A stretch of DNA of 62,166 nucleotides, counting the filler. It is 3 parts of 3 records of this genome, joined end to end, with 100 filler letters (N's around TTAATTAATTAA, not from the genome) between each part and the next. Parts side by side here need not be neighbours in the genome. Positions count along the whole stretch, not along the records: positions 28,771 to 50,849 come from DRR723986_9877; 2 more parts are not named here. One strand, 5' to 3'. Of the stretch, positions 29,373 through 39,182 are shown in pieces (within the stretch, counting starts at the first letter, position 1; every line of letters begins with the position of its first letter). The notes under the pieces are model-generated. The model searched no databases, was not told the origin of the DNA, and was given only the letters and a program-made list of their open reading frames with translations. The position numbers and the translations under genes are program-made.

Positions 29373-30371
29373 TTAGCCTTTCACCGCACCGGCGGCGATG
29401 CCGCGCACGAAGAGTTTTCCGGAGATGAAGTAGATGGTGAGGGGAACGAGGCCGGTCAGAATGGTCGCGGCCATGTTGACGTTGTATTCCTTCACCCCTT
29501 GCGTGGAATTGACGATGTTGTTGAGCTGCACCGTCATCGGATAGAGGTCCGGCTTGGTGTAGATCACGCCGAACAGAAAGTCGTTCCAGATGCCGGTCAC
29601 CTGCAGGATCATGGCGACAACGAAGATCGGCAGGCTCATTGGCACCATGATCTGGAAATAGATCGCCCAGAACCCGGCCCCGTCCACGCGCGCCGCCTTG
29701 AACAGCTCCTGCGGCACGGAGGCGAAATAGTTGCGGAACAGCAGCGTCAGGATGGGCATGCCGAAGATGGTGTGCACGATCACCAGCCCGGTCAGGCTGC
29801 CGTAAAGGCCGATTTCCCGCAGCATGATCACGATCGGATAGATCATCACCTGGTAGGGAATGAAGGCCCCGACGATCAGGATCGTGAAGAAGGTTTCCGA
29901 ACCCTTGAAGCGCCAGTTGGCAAGCGCATATCCGTTTACCGAGGCAATCGCGATCGACAGGATCACGGACGGGATCAGGATCTTGACCGAATTGAAGAAG
30001 CCGCGTGACAGGCCATCGCAGTTGAGGCCGGTGCAGGCTTCCGCCCAGGCCTTCACCCAGGGCTGGAAGGTGATCTCCACCGGTGGTGAGAAGATGTTGC
30101 CAAGCCGGATCTCCGGCATGCCCTTCAGCGAGGTGACGATCATCACGTAGAGCGGCAGCAGGTAATAGAGGCAGACGACGATCAGCGTGCCGTAAATCAG
30201 GATGTTCCTGCGGGACAGCGCCTTGCGTGGCTTGCGGCCGGCGGGGCCTTCGACCATCCGGCTGCCGGATGGCGTGCCGTCGCCGTGGCGGAGCGCCCGG
30301 TCGGGGCCGGCTTCGGCCGGGCGGGCATCGTATTTCATCGAGCCTTTGAGGAGGTGGGGCGTCTTGGTCAT
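29373..30371 (-). CDS. Carbohydrate ABC transporter permease
   Basis: EAA loop ELFKAARVDGA, WNDFLFG; start uncertain. Confidence 0.9.
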   Translation of the reverse strand: MTKTPHLLKGSMKYDARPAEAGPDRALRHGDGTPSGSRMVEGPAGRKPRKALSRRNILIYGTLIVVCLYYLLPLYVMIVTSLKGMPEIRLGNIFSPPVEITFQPWVKAWAEACTGLNCDGLSRGFFNSVKILIPSVILSIAIASVNGYALANWRFKGSETFFTILIVGAFIPYQVMIYPIVIMLREIGLYGSLTGLVIVHTIFGMPILTLLFRNYFASVPQELFKAARVDGAGFWAIYFQIMVPMSLPIFVVAMILQVTGIWNDFLFGVIYTKPDLYPMTVQLNNIVNSTQGVKEYNVNMAATILTGLVPLTIYFISGKLFVRGIAAGAVKG

Positions 30372-31258
30372 TTGCGCTTGCCTCCGAACTCGAGATAGGC
30401 CCAGGGCACAACGATAATGACGACCGTCAGCAGCATCATGGTGGAGGCGGCAAAGCCCTGGCCGAGGTTCTGCGACAGGAACATGGCGTCATAGACGTAT
30501 TTGGCCGGAACTTCGGAGGAGATGCCGGGCCCCCCGCCGGTCTGGGCGACGACCAGGTCGTAGACCTTGATGATGCCGGAGGCGATCAGCACGATTGCGG
30601 TGATGAAGATGCCGCGCATCATCGGAATGACGATGAACAGATAGGTCTTCCACATCGGGATGCCGTCGATCTTGGCGGCCTTCCAGATGTCTTCGTCAAT
30701 CCCCCGAAGACCCGCCAGCATCAGGCACATGATGAGCCCGGTTCCCTGCCAAAGGCCGGCGATGAGGATGCCATAGATGACGATCTCGGGATTGTAGAGC
30801 GGGTCGAAATTGAAACTCTCCCAGCCGAGACTGCGCACCACGTGCTGGATGCCGAAGTCGGGATTGAGAATCCACTGCCATGCCAGGCCCGTGACGATGA
30901 AGCTGAGCGCGAAAGGATAGAGCAGGATTGTTCTGAACGTGTCCTCGAACCGGATCTTCTGGTCGAGCAGGGCCGCCAGCATGAAGCCGATCAGCAGCGA
31001 GAAAATCAGCGAGAAGGCTCCGTAGATGGCCAGGTTCTCGATGGAGATCAGCCACTTGCTGCTGCTCCACAGCCGGTCGTACTGGGCAAGGCCGACGAAT
31101 TTCTCACGCGGCAGGAGCTTGGAGTTGGTGAAGGAATAAAGAACCGTCCAGGCGGTTCCGCCGATGAAGACCACCACGGCGGTGATGATCATCGGAACCG
31201 CGGCCACCTTGGCGCTGATGTTCCGATGCCACCTCGCGGGGCGCGTAGCTGCGGCCAT
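30368..31258 (-). CDS. Carbohydrate ABC transporter permease
   Basis: FVGLAQY, DIWKAAKIDG; hydrophobic. Confidence 0.9.
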   Translation of the reverse strand: MAAATRPARWHRNISAKVAAVPMIITAVVVFIGGTAWTVLYSFTNSKLLPREKFVGLAQYDRLWSSSKWLISIENLAIYGAFSLIFSLLIGFMLAALLDQKIRFEDTFRTILLYPFALSFIVTGLAWQWILNPDFGIQHVVRSLGWESFNFDPLYNPEIVIYGILIAGLWQGTGLIMCLMLAGLRGIDEDIWKAAKIDGIPMWKTYLFIVIPMMRGIFITAIVLIASGIIKVYDLVVAQTGGGPGISSEVPAKYVYDAMFLSQNLGQGFAASTMMLLTVVIIVVPWAYLEFGGKRK

Positions 31259-31401
31259 GCCGAAAACTTCCTTGTCGAGACGTCCAGGGTGATGTCGGGC
31301 GTTCCCTGCGCGCCGGAGCGCGCAGGGCTGGAGGACGCCGCCTGGCCGCTGTCCCGGTAAAGTTGGGACCGTGCGGCGCGGGCGGCGGGCCTTTTCCGCT
31401 G

Positions 31402-32637
31402 TTAGTCGGCGTTGCCGACGATCGACGCGAACATCGACTGTGCGTCTTCAGCGGTCATGGACGGGTTGTTGAAGAACTCGACGAAGAGGTCGTTCACCTG
31501 GGTCAGGCTGTCGGCAGACATCAACTGGTCCGGAGACTGGATGACATTGCCTTTGGCCAGGATGTCGAGGCCCTTCTTCATGCAGTCGTTTGCAGCCGCC
31601 AGATCGACGTCGCCACGCACTGGCAGCGAGCCTTTCTTCAGGTTGAAGGCAACCTGGGCTTCCGGGGAAAGCATGACCTTTGCCAGTTCGCCCTGGGCTT
31701 CGGTGATGGCCGGGTCGTCCACTTTCGGGAAGTAGAACGCGTCGCCGCCGGTCATGATGACCTCGTTGACGCCAAGGCCGGGCAGGCAGGTGTAGTCCTC
31801 GCCGGCAACCTGGTTGGCGACCTGGAACTCACCCTGCGCCCAGTCACCCATGATCTGGCCTGCGGCCTTGCCGGTGATGACCATGGTGGTGGCATCGTTC
31901 CAGCCCTGGACGTTGGAGTCCTTGGACATGTCGCGAGCAGTCGCGGCGGCCTGGAAGACCTTTGCCATTTCCTCGCTGCCGGCAAGCTCTGCATCCTTCT
32001 CGCCGAAGATCTTCGTATAGGCTTCAGGTCCGGCGAGCGCGGTGAGAAGCACCTGGAACGCCAGTGTCGTCTGCCAGGGCTGCTGCCCCATGGCCAGCGG
32101 CACGATGCCCGCCTCCTGAAGCTTGGGTGCTGCGGCAGCGTATTCGTCCCAGTTGGTCGGAACCGCCAGGCCGTTGTCCTCGAACACCTTGTTGTTCAGC
32201 CAGAGCCACTGCTGCGAATGAATGTTGACCGGAACGCAATAGATGCGGCCATCCAGCGTGCAGCTGTCGAGCAGACTGGAGGGATGGATGACTTCTTTCC
32301 AGTTACCTTCCTCTGCAATGTCCGTGAGGTCGCGCATCAGGCCGGCTTCCACCAGTTCCTCTGCCTGGCGGCCATGGTTGAACTGTGTTGCGCCCATCGG
32401 ATCGCCGCCGGTGATACGGCTGATCATGATCGGGCGGGCGGTGCCGCCGGAACCGGCAATCGCACCGTCAACCCACTTGTTGCCGGTCGCGTCAAATGCC
32501 TTTGCGAATTCGGCAACCGCAGCCGCTTCGCCGCCTGAAGTCCACCAGTGGGTAACTTCCAGGTCGGTCGCATTCGCGGCCGTTGCTGCACAAAGGGCGG
32601 TCGTTGCTGCAAAAACTGCACGTAGTGCTTTCATCAT
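31402..32637 (-). CDS. Sugar (glucose/mannose-type) ABC substrate-binding protein
   Basis: Signal peptide; HWWTSGGE, VNIH, MGDWA motifs of glucose-binding SBPs. Confidence 0.9.
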   Translation of the reverse strand: MMKALRAVFAATTALCAATAANATDLEVTHWWTSGGEAAAVAEFAKAFDATGNKWVDGAIAGSGGTARPIMISRITGGDPMGATQFNHGRQAEELVEAGLMRDLTDIAEEGNWKEVIHPSSLLDSCTLDGRIYCVPVNIHSQQWLWLNNKVFEDNGLAVPTNWDEYAAAAPKLQEAGIVPLAMGQQPWQTTLAFQVLLTALAGPEAYTKIFGEKDAELAGSEEMAKVFQAAATARDMSKDSNVQGWNDATTMVITGKAAGQIMGDWAQGEFQVANQVAGEDYTCLPGLGVNEVIMTGGDAFYFPKVDDPAITEAQGELAKVMLSPEAQVAFNLKKGSLPVRGDVDLAAANDCMKKGLDILAKGNVIQSPDQLMSADSLTQVNDLFVEFFNNPSMTAEDAQSMFASIVGNAD

Positions 32638-32695
32638 TTCCTCCCATCGAACGTGAATTGTCCGATTGTCCTCACCATGCGGCCTCCACCGCATT

Positions 32696-32742
32696 TTGTA
32701 ATCGATTACATTTTATTGTATGCTATATGTAATCGATTACAT
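32696..32742. promoter_or_regulatory. Tandem LacI-type operators
   Basis: TGTAATCGATTACA perfect palindrome twice (32697-32710 and 32728-32741), 31 bp apart, between the divergent SBP and LacI genes. Confidence 0.85.
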
Positions 32743-32817
32743 TCATCATTCTCGGGAAACGGTCTTGTGTCAACCCGGAATGTCGGATCAGACAGTTTCG
32801 AGGACGAACCGGCCGTC

Positions 32818-33900
32818 ATGGCGGCAGGCGCCCAGGCTCAAAAAAGAGAAATACCGGAGAAGGCCTTGGCCCAGAAAATAGCACGAATTCAGGATGTTGC
32901 CAAAGAGGCGGGCGTATCGACCGCAACAGTCAGCCGGGCGCTGAGCAATCCTGAACTTTTGACAGAGGCAACCCGCGACATCGTCTTCGCGGCGATCCGG
33001 TCCACCGGTTACCGGGTCAACCGGGCAGCGCGTAACCTGCGTACCCAGCAGGCAGGAGCCATCCTGGTTCTGGTGCCAAACCTCGGCAATCCGTTCTTTT
33101 CCCAGATCCTGGCCGGGATAAGTGCATCCTTCGGCAACCGTGACTATTCCGTCCTGATCGCCGATACCAAGGACCATGCCACGAGTGGCAAACACGTGGT
33201 CGACTACTTTCTGGACGCCCAGATCGACGGCATGATCTGTCTGGACGGCGCGATCTCCCACCAGGAATTGCAGCTGTTCGAAGACAACGGCGTCTCCGGC
33301 AAGATCGTCTTCGCGTGTGAATGGGCGCACGACGTCGCGTTGCCTTCCGTGCGCAGTGACAACGTTCGCGGGGCGCAACTGGCCGTCCGGCACCTGTATG
33401 ACCTTGGCCATCGCAAGATTGCCCATATCACAGGTCCGCAGGAAAATGTTCTGACGCATGCCCGGCGCGAAGGCATGCTGGCCGAACGTGCAAGGCTGGA
33501 GCTGCCAGCCCGTGAGGAATGGATCATCCGGGGTAACTTTTCCCTGGAATCCGGCCGGATGGCCGGTGAGAGGATCCTGGCAATGAACGATCGGCCAACG
33601 GCGGTTTTCTGTGCGTCTGACCAGGTTGCCTTCGGGCTGATTTCGACCCTGACCGCAAACGGTGTCCGCGTTCCGGAAGATATTTCCGTCGTCGGGTTCG
33701 ATGATATCGAGCTGTCGGAGTTTTATGTCCCGGCACTTACAACCATACGGCAGGACCGGCGCGCGCTTGGTGCCAGGGCAGTTTCCCTCCTGCTGGATTG
33801 TATTGACGTTGCGCACACCAGGACAGACGTCGAGATGGAACCGGTGATGGTTGATGTAGAGCTGATAGTGAGGGCCAGCGCCGCGCCGCTGGTTTGTTGA
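32818..33900 (+). CDS. LacI family transcriptional regulator
   Basis: IQDVAKEAGVSTATVSRAL, VPEDISVVGFDD, LTTIRQ; start uncertain. Confidence 0.93.
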   Translation: MAAGAQAQKREIPEKALAQKIARIQDVAKEAGVSTATVSRALSNPELLTEATRDIVFAAIRSTGYRVNRAARNLRTQQAGAILVLVPNLGNPFFSQILAGISASFGNRDYSVLIADTKDHATSGKHVVDYFLDAQIDGMICLDGAISHQELQLFEDNGVSGKIVFACEWAHDVALPSVRSDNVRGAQLAVRHLYDLGHRKIAHITGPQENVLTHARREGMLAERARLELPAREEWIIRGNFSLESGRMAGERILAMNDRPTAVFCASDQVAFGLISTLTANGVRVPEDISVVGFDDIELSEFYVPALTTIRQDRRALGARAVSLLLDCIDVAHTRTDVEMEPVMVDVELIVRASAAPLVC

Positions 33901-34344
33901 ATAGCGGCCCTGTTGCCCACCGCTGACAGGGTCGAAAATCCAACCGGCAAGTTTTGCGCAAGCATGAGGTTGTAAATTTTCTCGCTACCCGAATTCGATG
34001 TAAGCGTTGATCGGCAGTGAATCTACCCTGCAGCATAAATCATGCAACTTGATGTTTGTGCGAAAAGAAAATCTAAGGTTGTATCGAATACATCTTTCTT
34101 GGTGGTAGTCAGGTCATGTTTACCGGTCAATTTATTGGGTGAACAAATTTGCTAAGTCGGTAAATTATTCCTACTAGGAAAATATTGCCCAAATCAGATC
34201 GAATTTTAATTTCAGGATTATTTTGCTTTTATTTCATTACTTTAATTAGACTACACATTTATTGTAATTTATCGCGGGGGTTTAGCGTTTAATTAACTTG
34301 AATATGTCACTCTAGATAGTACCGTCAATTTTTGGGTGATAAAA

Positions 34345-35148
34345 ATGCGTAGTTTGGCTTTTGCCTTGGCATTGTCCCTTTGCACTTTTTTCTTACACAC
34401 TGAAGTTTCGTCGGCACAGGGCCCGCTAAAAGTAGTAGGCACGGGTGATGGCCTTGAAATGTTTCAGGAAATTGGTGCGGGCTTTGTCGAAAATCGTCCC
34501 GATATCAATCTTGAAATTCCACCGAGCATTGGCTCGGGTGGCGGTATCGCCGCCGTCAGCTCCGGCACGGAGCGCCTGGGCCGGGTCGCGCGTCCCCTGA
34601 AGGACAGTGAGGTGGAATTCGGCCTCGTTTATCTGCCGATTGCAAAAATCCCCAGCGCAATCTTCACGCACCCGTCTACCGGTATCGATGCTTTGACCAG
34701 CGAAGAACTGGTCAAGCTGTATTCCGGTGAAATAGTCAATTGGTCCGAATTGGGCGGTGCCGATCTGCGTGTCCGCCTCGTCCGCCGCGAAGACGCGGAC
34801 AGCACCTTGCAGGTTTTGAAATCGTCGATGCCGGGCTGGGCGGATATGGAGTTCTCGCCGCGCTCGAAAACGGCCCTTACCACCCAGGAAGCAATTTCCA
34901 GCGCGCGCGAAGTCGAAGGCGCGATTGCTTTCGGTCCTTATTCGAAGCCGCTTGAAGACGGACTGTCGGTCCTCAAGATCGATGGTCACCATCCGACTGA
35001 TCCGGGGTACCCGAGTTCGGTAACCCTCGCCTTGATCTATAAGGAAGGCACGCTGGACGATGAGATGAAAGCCTTCATCGACTACGCCCAGTCGGGTCAG
35101 GCTCACACATTGATCAGTAACTACGGTGGCGTACCCGTCGGTAGATAA
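34345..35148 (+). CDS. PstS-like periplasmic substrate-binding protein without transporter partners
   Basis: Signal peptide; GSGGGI, ARPL, GEIVNWSELGG, RRE..ST motifs of the PBP_like_2/PstS family. Confidence 0.8.
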   Translation: MRSLAFALALSLCTFFLHTEVSSAQGPLKVVGTGDGLEMFQEIGAGFVENRPDINLEIPPSIGSGGGIAAVSSGTERLGRVARPLKDSEVEFGLVYLPIAKIPSAIFTHPSTGIDALTSEELVKLYSGEIVNWSELGGADLRVRLVRREDADSTLQVLKSSMPGWADMEFSPRSKTALTTQEAISSAREVEGAIAFGPYSKPLEDGLSVLKIDGHHPTDPGYPSSVTLALIYKEGTLDDEMKAFIDYAQSGQAHTLISNYGGVPVGR

Positions 35149-35162
35149 CCCAATTGGTCCAC

Positions 35163-38054
35163 ATGATCCGTCACTCGTCCCTTCTCTGGCATTATACATA
35201 CGGCGCCGTTTTCACGGCGGTGTGTGCATTTGCCGGTCTTATCGGACTAGTGGCTTTCCAGCTTGAAGACAGCATGCAGCGTCAGGAGGCCGAGCTTCTC
35301 GAGCTTTCCCGCGCGCGTCTCGTGGAAACCCTGTCCGCCGACGTGAAGCTTGCCGGGACCCGTATGGAGTTCCTGTTTCAGGACAGGCTTCGTCGGATAA
35401 ATGCGTTGTCGGAGAGGGTGGATACCGCCAAGGCCGTTGAGTCACGCAATGTCGTGGCCATGTCGGAACTGCTCGGCCCGGCGGCGAAACTGGCGGATGT
35501 GGACGGCATCGTCGTTCTGGATGAGGAAGGCCATGTGATCGGCGCCTCCTCCTATTCTGCGGACCTCGTCGAACTGGGGTCCAAGATGCAGGGTCTGAGC
35601 TTCTTCAACGAGGTCGCCAAGTCGCTGAAGGACAGCTTTCCGGGAGAGAAGCTGACCTACTCTGGCGTTTTGCCGAAGTCCGAAACGGGTGTTTTTGTGC
35701 CGGGCGATCGGGACAATGAAGTGTCTCAGATCGCGTTTGTCCCGGTTTTTGATGATTTCGGCTATGTGATCGGCGGACTTGTCGCGCAACGTTGGCTGCG
35801 GCCGGAAGAGCCGCTCCTGGCGGATCTGGCAAAAATCAATTCCTTCGAAATGGCGATCGTTTTCGACGATCAGATCATTTCCACGGCGAATTTCACCGGA
35901 AACTATTCGGATCTCACCCGCTCGAAAGAAACGCCGAACATCACCCTGGACGGTGAACATGTCATCGAATGCGGTGTTCCTGTCGTTCCCATGACTGTCT
36001 GTGCGCTGACCCCCATCGCGGCGCTGACCGAAATCCAGAACAAACTGATCCGTATCGGCACCGAAGAAGAAGCAAAGCTGCTCCGGCGGCTGTTCCTGTT
36101 CGGACTGATCGCGCTGGTGGCTTTCGCTGCTGTCGCCTTTCTCATGTCGCGGCAGATTACCCGGCCGCTGACCAAGATCACGCGCGTATTGACCGGCATT
36201 GCAGCGGGCGACTTCGAAAGCAAGGTGGTTGGAACCGAGCGGCTGGACGAAGTTGGCGACATCGCCAGATCGGTCGTTTCCTTGCAGCGATCCGTCAAGG
36301 AACGCGACGCCTTGCGCGAACGCGTGCACGAAAAGAACTCCATCCTGCGCTCTCAGGAAGCCCAGTTGCGCGAGCAGAACGTCCTCTTTGATGCTGCTCT
36401 CAACAACATGTCGCACGGTCTGTGCATGTTTGACGTCGATGGAAGGTTGATTGTTTCGAACCAGCGCTACGCCGAATTGTTCGAAGTCGAGCCGGGCAGG
36501 ATAAAGTCGGGTATGACGGCTGCTCAGCTCGCAACGCTGCAGAAAGTTGATGCCGTTGAAACCGGTGACATGGCTCTGCACGATTCCCGGATGGGAGATC
36601 ACAGGTATTCAGGTGGCTCGCAAAGCACCGAAATGGTGAAGATCCGCTCGGGCCGTATCGTTCTGACCACCCGCCAGCCGCTGGCGGAAGGTGGTTGGGT
36701 GGCGATATCCGAAGACATCACCGAGCGGCAGGAAGCCCGTGACCGGCTGGCGTTCCTGGCGCGTCACGACCTTCTGACACAGCTGCCAAACCGCATCGAA
36801 TTCCGGGACCAGCTGGACATGCTGTTGAACCAGCAACTGGTCAAGGGGGGCGAGTTCGCCATTCTGTGCCTCGATCTGGACGAGTTCAAAACGGTCAACG
36901 ACAGCCTTGGGCACCCGATTGGCGATGAGCTCTTGCGGCAGGTGGCGGAGCGTCTGCGCGCCCTCATCGGCCGAAAGGACGTTGTCGTCCGCCTTGGCGG
37001 CGACGAATTTGCGATCCTCACCGGTCTGCCGTGCAGGCTTGCTGATGTCGAGGAACTGGCGCAGTCGGTCATCTGGGAGATTTCCCAGCCGTTCCAGATC
37101 ACGGATCATGAACTCGTAATCGGCGTCAGCATCGGCATCACAATTGCCAGGGCCGACGGCACTGCAGGCGACGAACTGTTCAAGCAGGCGGACCTTGCGC
37201 TCTACCGGGCCAAGGAAGACGGTCGCAATACCTACCGCTTCTTTGAGCAGGACATGGGCACGGCCGTGAACGACCGGCGAGAGCTTATCACCGATCTCAG
37301 GACCGCGGTCGCCAATGGCGAACTGGAGCTTTATTTCCAGCCGCAATACACGCTCGTGGACGACCGGGTGTCCGGCTTCGAGGCGCTGGTGCGCTGGAAC
37401 CACCCGACACGGGGCATGGTTTCTCCGGCCGATTTCATTCCGCTTGCCGAAGATACCGGCCTGATCACCCAGTTGGGCGAATGGGTGTTGAAGGAAGCAT
37501 GCCGGATCGCGTCCAATTGGCCGGACCACCTCAGGATCGCGGTCAACCTGTCACCCCGGCAGCTGCGCGGCCACGCATTTGGTCCGGTGCTGATCGATGC
37601 CCTGACCCAAACGGGTCTCAAGGCCGACCGTCTCGAACTGGAAGTGACCGAAAGCGTGCTTCTGACCGATTCAGAAGATGTTCTGGATTCGCTGCGCCAG
37701 GCCAAGTCGCTGGGCGTGAAAGTGTCCATGGACGATTTCGGAACCGGCTATTCCTCGCTCAGCTACCTGCGCCGGTTCCCGTTCGACAAGATCAAGATCG
37801 ACCAGTCCTTCGTCCGGTCGATGGCCTATTCGGACGATTCCATTTCCATCGTGAAAGCGGTCATCGAACTGGCCAACAATCTCAACATGACCACCACCGC
37901 CGAAGGTGTGGAGACCAAGCAGCTTCTCGACATGCTGACCGAAATCGGCTGCACGGAAGCGCAGGGCTACTATCTGGGCAGACCCATGCCTGTCGCCAGT
38001 ACCGAAGAGCTGATCTATGCCGGCGAACGGTCTTTGACAACCGCCGCGCAATAG
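35163..38054 (+). CDS. Membrane-bound diguanylate cyclase/phosphodiesterase (TM-periplasmic sensor-TM-HAMP-PAS-GGDEF-EAL)
   Basis: HAMP (ITRPL...DEVGDIA), PAS (NNMSHGLCMFD), RLGGDEF, FEALVRW, DDFGTGYSS. Confidence 0.93.
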   Translation: MIRHSSLLWHYTYGAVFTAVCAFAGLIGLVAFQLEDSMQRQEAELLELSRARLVETLSADVKLAGTRMEFLFQDRLRRINALSERVDTAKAVESRNVVAMSELLGPAAKLADVDGIVVLDEEGHVIGASSYSADLVELGSKMQGLSFFNEVAKSLKDSFPGEKLTYSGVLPKSETGVFVPGDRDNEVSQIAFVPVFDDFGYVIGGLVAQRWLRPEEPLLADLAKINSFEMAIVFDDQIISTANFTGNYSDLTRSKETPNITLDGEHVIECGVPVVPMTVCALTPIAALTEIQNKLIRIGTEEEAKLLRRLFLFGLIALVAFAAVAFLMSRQITRPLTKITRVLTGIAAGDFESKVVGTERLDEVGDIARSVVSLQRSVKERDALRERVHEKNSILRSQEAQLREQNVLFDAALNNMSHGLCMFDVDGRLIVSNQRYAELFEVEPGRIKSGMTAAQLATLQKVDAVETGDMALHDSRMGDHRYSGGSQSTEMVKIRSGRIVLTTRQPLAEGGWVAISEDITERQEARDRLAFLARHDLLTQLPNRIEFRDQLDMLLNQQLVKGGEFAILCLDLDEFKTVNDSLGHPIGDELLRQVAERLRALIGRKDVVVRLGGDEFAILTGLPCRLADVEELAQSVIWEISQPFQITDHELVIGVSIGITIARADGTAGDELFKQADLALYRAKEDGRNTYRFFEQDMGTAVNDRRELITDLRTAVANGELELYFQPQYTLVDDRVSGFEALVRWNHPTRGMVSPADFIPLAEDTGLITQLGEWVLKEACRIASNWPDHLRIAVNLSPRQLRGHAFGPVLIDALTQTGLKADRLELEVTESVLLTDSEDVLDSLRQAKSLGVKVSMDDFGTGYSSLSYLRRFPFDKIKIDQSFVRSMAYSDDSISIVKAVIELANNLNMTTTAEGVETKQLLDMLTEIGCTEAQGYYLGRPMPVASTEELIYAGERSLTTAAQ

Positions 38055-38103
38055 TCCGGCAAGACCGCTCGCTCTCAGGAGAGGCTGGTGTAGCGCCCTG
38101 GTG

Positions 38104-39120
38104 TCAGTCTGCGGAAGCCGAGGTAAACGGAGCGGATGCCTTTCGGATAAGGTTTCCAGCAAGGGCCAGCAGGCCGCTCTCTTCTTCCGCCACAAAAAAC
38201 GGATCAGCGTAGAAGGTTGCCCCTGCGCCTAGCGCGATCTCCCGCATGGCGTCGACATGTGACGGCGCACCGGCCGAATAGACGACGTGATCGGGCGTAA
38301 GTTGTCCGACCAGTTCATGCGGGCGCGCCTTGCGCACCGTTTCGTCGTCGCCATCGCCTGCCGTCAGGGTGATCGGAATGCCCCGGGCTTGCAGCCAACG
38401 AACCGCGTCGCGCATGTAGATCCCGTCCCGGGTTCTCGACCCGGCAATGATGCGGATTTCACGGCCGGTCTGGCCCAGGCTCGCTGCAACGGCAATCGAC
38501 CAGATCGGTGCGAAGCCGGTTCCGGTCGAGGTGAGCAGGATCGGGTTCTGCTGCCGTCGCAAAAACGCATTGCCGAACGGGCCACGCAGCTTGACGGCAT
38601 GTCCCTTGGCAATTTCCTTGCCCAGCTTCGACGATACGATGCTGTCCGGGTAGACCTTGATGTGAAACACAAGGACATTCTCTTCCGCATCCAGGTTGAG
38701 CGGGGTTGTCGGGCTGTAGTCGCGCGGCGGATATCCTGCAAAGGTCGCGCGCAGATATTGCCCTGGCAGCCAGGGCACGGGCCGCGCCGTCTTGACCCGA
38801 ACTTCCAGGTATCCGTCCTTGATCGGCCGAATGCTTTCCACCGTTCCCTTTGTGGTCTTCACCAGCGGCACCGGGTCATAGGCGATCTCGGCATCGCCTT
38901 CCAGGACGGAAAGGCATCCGAGCACGGTGTCCTTTTCCCGGGTGCCCATGTCGTCGATCTGCCCGCTCAAAACACGGACCCGGCAGGTTTCGCATTGGCC
39001 GGAACAGCAGTCGTGCGGGATGACGAGGCGTCCACCGAGCCCGGCGTCGATCAGCGTGTCGCCGACATTGGCCTTGATGGCCTTCCCGTTGATGGTGACC
39101 GTACAGGTGCTTTTCGACAT
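38104..39120 (-). CDS. 2Fe-2S ferredoxin-NAD(P)H reductase fusion (FNR-like)
   Basis: CCSGQCETC...C; RDYS flavin motif; GPFG; TGTGFAP. Confidence 0.88.
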   Translation of the reverse strand: MSKSTCTVTINGKAIKANVGDTLIDAGLGGRLVIPHDCCSGQCETCRVRVLSGQIDDMGTREKDTVLGCLSVLEGDAEIAYDPVPLVKTTKGTVESIRPIKDGYLEVRVKTARPVPWLPGQYLRATFAGYPPRDYSPTTPLNLDAEENVLVFHIKVYPDSIVSSKLGKEIAKGHAVKLRGPFGNAFLRRQQNPILLTSTGTGFAPIWSIAVAASLGQTGREIRIIAGSRTRDGIYMRDAVRWLQARGIPITLTAGDGDDETVRKARPHELVGQLTPDHVVYSAGAPSHVDAMREIALGAGATFYADPFFVAEEESGLLALAGNLIRKASAPFTSASAD

Positions 39121-39182
39121 GGGTGATTACATCCGTTGAAAGAAACGTCCGGAAAAGACAGGAAAGGCGGGAAGGGCAGGCC

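Noticed and set aside
28723-30411. 562-aa ORF apparently fusing a long Arg/Pro-rich N-terminus to an ABC ATPase
   Set aside because: The extension is an alternative frame over the permease gene; the real start is at 29361.
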